Part shown: piece after piece, positions 54,839-64,000 of the stretch
Layout: each line of letters begins with the position of its first letter
How positions within the stretch are numbered: the first letter of the stretch is position 1
Origin: Trichoplax adhaerens
Lineage: Eukaryota; Animalia; Placozoa
Direction of reading: 5' to 3'
NCBI RefSeq assembly: GCF_000150275.1
Contig: NW_002060945.1
Location: forward strand, 383,872-447,871
DNA length: 64,000 nucleotides
Notes under the pieces: generated by a model
Databases searched by the model: none
The model's input: the letters and a program-made list of their open reading frames with translations, nothing else
Told to the model about the DNA's origin: nothing
Position numbers and translations under genes: made by a program

Positions 54839-56060
54839 CAATCCTAAAGAGCGAAGCTGATGTTAATGATCTTGAGGATTTAATCTTATAGTGATGAAGT
54901 AATAAGGACAAAATCATAATATGGTTCTGTGCACTTCAAGACATTTTAAAAGAATATAGGATATTTTTAATAAAGTATACTAATCATTTAAGCTAAATCA
55001 TTTATCTATACTATCCGTAGTATATACAACTACAATCTAGTTTAAAATTTAGAAAGATTCAACATTGATAAATCCATTTGGTAAAGGTATAACCTTATTG
55101 ATCGATATAAAGAATATTCTGAGTGAAAGCTAAAGTATTCCATTAAAGCCGTAGCCTGCCTATTAATCAATCCATATTATATAAATCGTTGTTTGTAATT
55201 GCAATCGTTTTTATTAACATTGAGATTGAATACTGACGAGTTTTACTGTAATATGATCATATATCAATTAACAAGAGATAACATTTGATTGAAGAAATGG
55301 AGTGTAGTAAGATAATTGGTCGCAAGGTGGAACTAACGATTCTAAAAATAACAGCTTAGAAAGATCAATTGAAAAAATTAAATTATGATATTGAGGGACA
55401 AAATTAATCGTTTACATTTTCTATGGCATGTAAGGTGAGATAAATTGTTCTGAAAGTGCTGCACTTCGGGCTAATCATACAATACCGCATGAACAAGTTA
55501 ATTAGAAGATGATGCAATTAGTTCAGTGCTGAGTAGCAGTACTGAAATTGTGGACAAGTACAAGCAAATATTCTAATGGTTTATAATAATGTTGTCTCTA
55601 AATGGATCATGCTGGCGCATTAGATTGTAAGATCATACAAAATGTCTATTATACCTTGACTGAAGACGTAATTCATAAAAGACAATGAAGTAAACGAGAA
55701 ATGGATATTTTTGCCTTCTTATTTTAAGACACTTTATAATAGGTATAACTTTTTTTTTAACCCAGAAATAGTTTAGATTACTCGTTAATGAAGATATGCA
55801 AACATTCTTAAGTATCACTTGGGATTAGAGTAAGGAGATGATAGATTAATAGAGGCAAAATCAGCTTGTAATCAAAGCTTTGTGCTCAGTCATGGTTTAC
55901 AATATGGCGTTCAGGGAGAAATAAAAAATTATCAAACTATTTCATTTCGAGTTGGCAATTGTCGATCAGTAGAGTAAATTATCGGTCACATCATCATTTA
56001 GATAAAAAGATTGACTCGATAGATAGTGGTTGATATAACTACTGGTACTATATTACTTAC

Positions 56061-56190
56061 CTTCATAATCGTCTTAGATTATTAATTCTACCTTTAGTGA
56101 TCAATTGGTTGATTTTCGATGTAATTTTCGACGGATTGATCAACGAAACAGCGACAGAAAGAGTTGAAGGCTGAATCGAACTTTCATATA
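56061..56190 (-). other. Candidate non-coding 5'UTR first exon of the Grb-like gene
   Basis: Strong minus-strand donor GAAG|GTAAGT at 56061/56060; matching acceptor (cttttatccttcaactag|) at 52817/52816 upstream of the ATG; locally CpG-richer. The upstream boundary is a guess. Confidence 0.4.
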
Positions 56191-59102
56191 CGCATATACA
56201 GTATACTAGTACAAGTGTTTTCTAACAATTTTTACACTCTATTCTCTCTCTACTTGCTGTAGGATGAATGAATATCAACGAATTGGCGTACCCGATTTCG
56301 ACCGGAATAGGAATCGTCTCAAGAAGCAAAAAACCTTTATTTTCACCAAAATAAAATGAAAAGGATGAATCTTGATAGTCTGTTCTTTAGTACTGATATC
56401 AAGTGATTTTCACCAGTTAATGCACTATTCTATCGTGAATAAAACATAGAACTGATTGGCTTATCCAATTTTATTCCTGATAGAAGTTACATGGTAACAA
56501 TTCTTTATAAAAGATCTGTATTAGTTCATTTCCAGTAAAATGGTGCGACAAAGATCTATTGTCTGATAAATGATTAGCTGCTTATTGTATGCTTGCATTG
56601 GAAATTTGTTTAGTTAACATCAACACCATTTCTTATATCTATTAAACGATACTTAATCTGAGGGGTACTTGCCTTGTATGATCGAGCGGAAATTATCAAG
56701 TATCTACCCTATCATTCTTATATGAATAGTTTAAGGAAAGGCCTAAGACAATAGCAATAAATGATTCATTTAATTCTTATGATAAAAAATGATGACAAAA
56801 TGATGTTGGTAATTAATGAAATACGACTACGCGTATTCAAGGCGATACTCTGAGTAGAAACAAATATCTTTTGCCTTATTCACAAGCAGATCGATGCCCG
56901 GACGTAGCAAGATTTTATGAAGGGTGTAGTAAAATTTTCAAAAATTACTCTTCAATCTTAATATTTATTCTAAGCATGAGGATAATATCAGTAATTGTTG
57001 AGTCTCGACAGTAGAAATGAATCTTTCGAGCTCATGAGATTCAACCATTGCTAGATCAAGAAATGATCCATTTTACAGCAGTTGAGAATAGTTTCTGTCA
57101 CCTTGTCTATCTTGACATTAAAGATGGGAGATATTACATAGACTAATACCAATCATAGCTGTAATTTTATCTCAACTTAGAAGGATATAGAACTGGCAAG
57201 AAATCCCTATTTAATACAAACTTGATATCTTATATAGTTTATAAGCATAAAGAAGATCATAACTGACAGCACCAGATAAGATACGGTGCATATAAGTCAA
57301 GTTTTCACCGGCCGTAGCTAGACATTGTTAACGAAATGAATGCAGGTGATGAACAGTTTCCGGTAGAATTAATTTTAGTGTATAGAAACTTATTATATTT
57401 ATAGGTTCATATTCGATATTTTGAAGATTAATTGCATCTCTTCATGTAGAAGAGTATCATTGAGTTCCGCTAATACAGTCAATATATCCAGCCGATATCC
57501 AACGAACATGACTGTAGAGTAGAGGAAATAATAACTACCTAGTGTTAATTTATAAGAAAAGTCATTCAAATGTTTTGATCTTATCCTTGTACATTTGAGC
57601 AATATGTTTGGGGCAAAATTGCCATCTTACATCTTTTCTCATAATAGCGCTACATATCCATCAGGCGTATCTAAAAAGTAAGAGTGATAGACTACTTTTG
57701 TGCTCCGAAGGAAAAGTAAATTTTGTGAACACTACGAATAAAAGCGACCATTTGCTTTAGGGTAATCAAATATGGATACAGTGATTTTCAATCATGTAAA
57801 AGAATTTTCATTGCTCCTATTGTCGTCCTTTTTTAATGTTTCAATATTCAACTTTACTATTCAAAACTCGCTTAGCAAGTCAAAGCGTGATCTCTAAATT
57901 GAAATCAATGACATTACTTTTCGTTTGTGGTAATTTAACCCCATGAATGTGGAAAGCAATTGATCAAAACCGACAATGAAATAAACCAAATCATGTGCTG
58001 CGACAACAATCTTTATAAGATAATCGTAGCCTATTTCAATGCTAGTCGACAAGCTATCTCATTTATGATTTTTACCCTTTTAATAGGATTTCATCCATTT
58101 TAAACAAGACTTAAGTACTAGAAGAAATAAGTACTAGTAGTAATTGTTATTAAATCCATGATAAATTGTAACACAGTGTTCAAAATCAGAGTCTAACGGT
58201 AAATCAAAATAGTAGCATGTGGGACAGTTTATATCAGTTGCAATGGATAGGCGATATTTCGTCAGACTGGTAATCTATTTTCTAGCGAGATAAAGCAATG
58301 TATTTATGGCAGATAATGATCATAGAAGAGCAATTATATCTTGTGTCAGGATTATTTCATTGAAGACAATTCTACTCAATGACTAGGTATGAAAATATTT
58401 CTGTGGAAATTGAATAGTAAAGCATAAAAACGAATAGCTGGATCGTATTTTATCATTCTCATTTTTATCTGCCTGCTAGGCAGATCAAACTTGTACTACC
58501 TACCTTAATTCACCTACTGTTCTGATGTTATGTTTCAAAAATTTTTCCAAATAACTGGATAAGTGGATCGAATTTAATAAGGTGATAATATCACCATCGA
58601 TTTGGGAAGCCATTTTCGATCAGCTAAATAATGTTTATCAACGCCTGGAATCTATAGAATTTCTTTTATTGCCACGACCTTGGCACAATTTCAATCAAGA
58701 CAGTAGACATAAAATAAAGGAAGAAAGCAATAAAACAATTTATAAGGCCGATACTAATTATCGAATCTTTCTGTATTGATATCACTGCTGGAATAATATC
58801 CAGTTATTAGCAGAGATGATTAGAGTGTAACAGATCCAACATTCAACGAAGGCAATTTATTAGTAATCAAGGAGTTTCTGAAGTGATTATCAATAAGCAG
58901 TTATTATTAATAATGATGCCATTATTCACGTGGGCTAATAGTTTTAACAAGGAGGCAGTGTAAAGTGTGATATTTCAAGAATAAAGTCAATTTAAGTATT
59001 AATTTTATTCAATTATTCAAATAAGTCTACGTTATTTTTCTTATTCAAAAAGTTATTGTTTTGATTTGCTGCTTTGCATAAGAAGTAGTTAAAACAAAGC
59101 CA

Positions 59103-60330
59103 CTAGACATAATTTATTGCTGACAGCAATTGGCTACTAGGCCCAATAAGCTTTCTCCCCTTAAATGTGCATATTGTCATGCTTAACTCCACACCCTTTG
59201 CATTTAAACGACTACAAATAGAAATTAAAAGTTGAATATAGCCTTCATGATAGCTGAAAACTAGGCAAACAATACCATTTATCATGATTGTATTCATTTC
59301 TAGCTCTCAATACGCAATAATTTATTTCAAGACTCCGTAGTCATCACTTAACCAATTTACTGTTGTAGCTATGACTATTGATTGCCATTCTTTTCCAGCG
59401 ATAGCTATCATTTTGATTTATTGCTTGATCCAATTTTGCTACTGTAATAGAATGACGTAATACCATCATGATAGAATGGACAATATAATATATATATATG
59501 TTAGAAATAGAAAATAGACTCTCGTGAGTCTTTGTCCAATTACTATAGCCATAGGAAAGGAATCGTACCACCTTGAACAGAATCAACATTTGTAACACAA
59601 CTGAATTGTAAAATAAAGCAGAATGCTGTTATGCTGATTGTAGTTGCAAATGCTACGAAAATCATATAAGCAAAACAACTTTAGGTTACTCTAGTAGTTG
59701 TATACGGCTAGAGTACGACTGTGTTAGGTATGTTTAAAGGTCAAATACGCGCAATGTTATAATTTTTCTACCAGGCTTGGAATTTTGCGATCAATTTGCT
59801 CACCGCATTATTCCAAATGAAAAATTATTCCGTGAATTCATCGCTACCGTAAATTGTTCTACGTCTGTTCGGATTAGGCTTTACTTTACTCATGCGACAA
59901 CATTGTGCTATTCATCTACGAAGAGAATCAGCTTTGTTTTACAAAGATACAATTATTCTACTGGCAGTAAGTTATAAGAAATTTGTTCTTTGATATCAGA
60001 CACCGTAATGTAGTGCCATTAGTACTAAAGATCAATATCATGAGCCAAGAACAGTCTTCAATGGTAATGAGTCGTTGCAATATATTCCCCAATATGGCTA
60101 ATCTATGGATCGCTATGACAGACTATACAGTATAAGGAATAACAAGTTGAAATTACGAAAAGATCTAACTATAATGTAATGTTTATCAAGATCATCGATA
60201 TTATTAGCTAGACGTTTCCAGCTAAAGGCTATAACCAATAAATTGTTCAAATTGTTCAAAGTGAACATTAAAGCAAAATGTTTATTGTCACCTCCAATAA
60301 AATTCGCTAAACCTATCCACCAAAGAGGAT
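59103..60330 (-). pseudogene. Decayed class A GPCR pseudogene
   Basis: Fragments in different frames but in correct order: TM1-like NNLLVIAFSW, TM2-like LVIPYTV, ECL1/TM3-like PYWGIYC, TM4-ECL2-TM5-like FLSYGYSNW...IYIYYIVHSIMMVLRHSI, TM7/H8-like MINGIVCLVFS...EGYIQLL; many stops and frameshifts. Confidence 0.45.
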
Positions 60331-61279
60331 ATCACGAGTAACTCGTTAAAACATTAAAAGATCTGTCAATATAATTAAGCAGATAATGATACGAGGACAA
60401 AATCGTTAATTATGAATTAATTGAAATTTTGCTACTCTAGTATGGTCCTAAAAGGGAAATGGGAAATAAATTGAAAGGTATCGCGCTTTAGTGAGCCTAC
60501 GTTATGCTATAATTAAGAGTGGCATTATTTACCATGGGAGCCTATTTAGATATCGCTATGCAAGCTGTATCGTCTCGTTCCCAATATTTTAGATCAAATA
60601 GTGGATAAAAAGACTACTTTAATCCAATGCCTTTTTTATTTATTTTATTTGTGATCGAATAGGATATCAAAATCAACCAAATTCAAACTCAAAGAGGATA
60701 GGTATCATGGTCATGTAATACCTATTATATATACATTTAATTATTAATGAGTTCATCTGGTCGAATTTCGGTCAAAACTCGAGTTGTCCTCATTATGGCA
60801 CAAGACAGGAATTGATCCATCTTAAATCCCAATTTTTTCCATTCGTGTATGCGGTAGCCATTTTACTCAGTCCATACTTAACATTTCTGCATGAATGATG
60901 GATTGAGATGTAATTGACAATGGAACATGAACTAATCCATGTCGAGCAAGTGAACAACTTCGAATAGAGGATATGCCCTTTATTTCTATCTACTGTTTTA
61001 TTGAAACTAGATAATTAATTGAAGGCCATTTCTAGTGTCTCTGATCGATCATTGAGCACAAGAACTGGACATAGTAAAGATATTTTCTTTTCAGTTGGTA
61101 TCAGGAGTAATAAATATAATATCTAACTTTTATCACTCGTTGATTAAAATTTGATACCTTGTTGGCCATAGCCCATAAGGTGATCAATGCCCAAGCAATT
61201 TCATCTTCATCCGTAATAGACTATGCATCAGTGCGACATGATATTATTTGAATAACCTCATCCGTTGTTGATCAAATGC

Positions 61280-62305
61280 ATTGTTTACCATGATACTGTA
61301 CATGAACTTGTTAATGTCAACTAAGTTTTAACTTCATGCATTGTAAATTACCATTTACTATTTTCTATTTTGATTAAAGAGATCTAATCAGTTGTGGGTC
61401 AAAATTTTATTTATTCTGCAGCGGGTGAAAATATAAAGGCCAAGCAATCTCGAACTGTAGGCGTTACTATCTGGCATTTTTAATTAAAATAACGTGATCA
61501 ACCACTGATTAAGACTTATTAATAACCAAGACATTTTGGAGTTTAAATATTGGAAATGAGGCAATAACAGGTTACAGTAGTACCTGTAGTTAGCATTTCA
61601 TGAAAATAACAAGATCAATTGTTGGCCAATTCTGACTTAAGCAACATATTAGCTATGGGCTAATAATTTATAATACTGTACATAAAATGATCGAATACTG
61701 AGTATTAACCGATGGCTGATAATTTCGACAAGCTCATGTACAACATATTATATAAAGAATTCGACCTACAACAGATAAGATCATTTTACTATAATCAAAG
61801 TGCCAAACGGTCAATACTCACTTGCTACACTATAAAAATTTCAAGTTGGAAACCATACAGTAGTACTTGGGATATTTTATTAAAATACTCTGATTAGGCA
61901 AACGATTAAATATTCATCTTCGACACTGTGAAAGTTCCTAGTTAGAAATCATCCATTAGTACTTGGGTAGTATTAATCAAAATATCCTTTAGCCTAAAGG
62001 GCTTCTGCTTATCCTGCTATCGATAAAACTCACTGCCGTACATTTTATGAAAATTCCAAGCTGAAATCATACACTAAGAGATTGATTAACATTCCCTGAT
62101 TAGTAGTAGGTTAATCCTTGCTTTCTACTGTATCTAATACCTTGTTGCCTTTGGGCTTGTCCACTTCTAGAAAATTTCCAGCTTATGTCTTGAAAATTTT
62201 ATTCTAGTCTATGACAATATTATTATAATCAGCTGTTGGTCGATATTTTATTTACAATGACAATGTACATGAACTTTTCAATGTCAACCAAGTTTCAAGT
62301 TCATA
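61280..62305. repeat. Diverged direct duplicate, about 55-bp core, about 970 bp apart
   Basis: tttaccatgatactgtacatgaacttgttaatgtcaactaagttttaacttcat (about 61284) vs tttacaatgacaatgtacatgaacttttcaatgtcaaccaagtttcaagttcat (about 62251). Confidence 0.7.
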
Positions 62306-62884
62306 TATAGCAGGGTGGTTAACATAGGATGTTTTGAACTATTGTGGTCATAAATCGTTCAGGAAAGATTCCGAAAATAGAAATGATCATTCTGGTACTA
62401 CTCAAGCTTGCTGCTGAGCAAAGTACGCTGACTCTTAAGTGGATATTTGGAAGTAATGATGAAATTATTCATAAAGAATTACGTATGATAAATATCTTTG
62501 ACCTTAATACGGAACTAATTTTAACTCTTGTCATCGCAGCCAATTGAAACTATTTTGTCAACTAATCTAGTATGTATGGACAGTGTGGTACCGGTGCACA
62601 GTTCTTATTGACATTTTTGACATTCTTTAACACTAAATTATTTATTAAATAGATTTCACCCTCGTAATTGGACTTTAACGGTGCTATTTGGACATTGCAA
62701 CGTGACCTATTTTTGTTCAATGATGCTACCATAATGACCTATTTGTCGTAAGGATAAATAAAAAGTAAGCATTAGCACTATTCCAGAGTAATGGAATAAA
62801 TAAATATAATGGATCAAAGGGTAACGCCATAAGCTCTATCCTATTTAGTAACACAATCACTACAATTCTAGGGAGAACTATGAA

Positions 62885-63060
62885 AGATCATAGAATCATT
62901 TTATATATAGCTTATTTGTCCATATTAGTAGAGTTAGCATAATTTACAAATTCACTAACCAATATTATACCGGGCACTGTCATGACTGTGTAATACCTGT
63001 TATACAATTCTGAAGAGAATTAGTAAAAATCATAGAATCGTTTTATAGATGACTTATTTA
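62885..63060. repeat. Short diverged direct repeat (about 33 bp, about 142 bp apart)
   Basis: atcatagaatcattttatatatagcttattt vs atcatagaatcgttttatagatgacttattt. Confidence 0.7.
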
Positions 63061-63246
63061 TCCTTTTGACCAATCAATACCACCATTACCTTTCGAGATA
63101 AATGGCAAAAATGAAATGCAATATTTCATGTACAGTGGAGAGCGCATATAATCTACGAATATAGCAACAATCGTCAAACCACCCAATGGCAAAAATGGAG
63201 TTACTGCTGTTCTATTCATGCTGTATTGAGCGCAATAATTGTACAA
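63058..63246 (-). pseudogene. Internally deleted GPCR remnant
   Basis: LTIVAIFVDY..SPLYM resembles TM3-ICL2 (L..IS.DRY..I..PL.Y); ISFLPF resembles the TM4 end (cf. FSFLPY of the 37050 GPCR). Confidence 0.35.
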
Positions 63247-64000
63247 TTCTCCACAGAAATAGCTAAATTATGACGTCGTGCTTTACACACTCTAATCCAT
63301 TACGTATTCTACTGGATCTTCTTGATCTCATTACCATACAGTTTCATTAAAGTAAAGTTTATGAGTATCATTGCTGTTTTTCTAGTATTACGTATTTAAT
63401 GTGAGAAACAGGAAAATGATTGCATTACATTAAAACACGTTTAAGGTATGTTCAGACGAGCGTAAGAAATCACCAAATGGATTTGTACGGCCATCGTCTA
63501 AACCATCAATGTTAAACCATGAAGTTCATGAAGAGTGAACGCACATGTTTTAAGTAAACATAGACTGTAAATTGATTTCTGTGTTTATTAATATGAATAG
63601 AGTGAAGCAACACTCGGGATACTTTTTAGATAGTTATTCATATTGACTGATGCCGTAATTGATTTCCATTGATCTTATAAGATTGCTGCATAGAGTATGG
63701 AAATAACAATGGAGTTTATGAGTCTCACGATGTAAATGCTTTGCACAAACTGAATCAGTAATAAAATTACTCGCCCAATTTTTCAATCATATTGATGACA
63801 ATATCGAGCTAGAAGACGATAGAGTATATTCCTATCCAGATCTTTATACGTATTAATTACGCTGTATTGCTCATGCTAGGAGTAAAAATGAGAGCATTTC
63901 TATGCATTCAAGTGCCTTTAAAACTCTATTAACAAATTCTGAGATATTGATAGAGCCATTTATAAATTGGTATACCGGGAAACGTGTCTACATCTATAGT

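Noticed and set aside
56500-57360. Coding-like plus-strand stretch
   Set aside because: Multiple stops, no recognisable domain and no consistent exon chain.

Overview
AT-rich eukaryotic (animal) genomic DNA, not prokaryotic. The short GT-AG introns, low GC and intronless class A GPCR arrays resemble a placozoan (Trichoplax-like) genome; this is an inference and was not checked against a database. Contents: (1) three same-strand paralogous single-exon rhodopsin-family GPCRs (7363-8478, 22175-23269, 27829-28920) with ERW, CWLPNE and SPxxY motifs; (2) a fourth, more distant minus-strand class A GPCR (37050-38192) with DQY in place of DRY; (3) a 17-coding-exon minus-strand Grb7/10/14-family adaptor gene (47499-52752; RA-PH-SH2), assembled by hand with all splice phases consistent and missed by the ORF track; (4) several decayed GPCR-like remnants, decayed non-LTR retroelement-like fragments and local tandem duplications. 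The main finding is in the Grb gene. The exon carrying the BPS pseudosubstrate motif (LVPMEFGKSSSRIIGTP) is not between PH and SH2 as in vertebrate Grb7/10/14. It is a symmetric phase 0-0 exon inside the last SH2 intron, while the usual BPS position holds a Ser/Pro-rich exon with several RxRxxS/T motifs.
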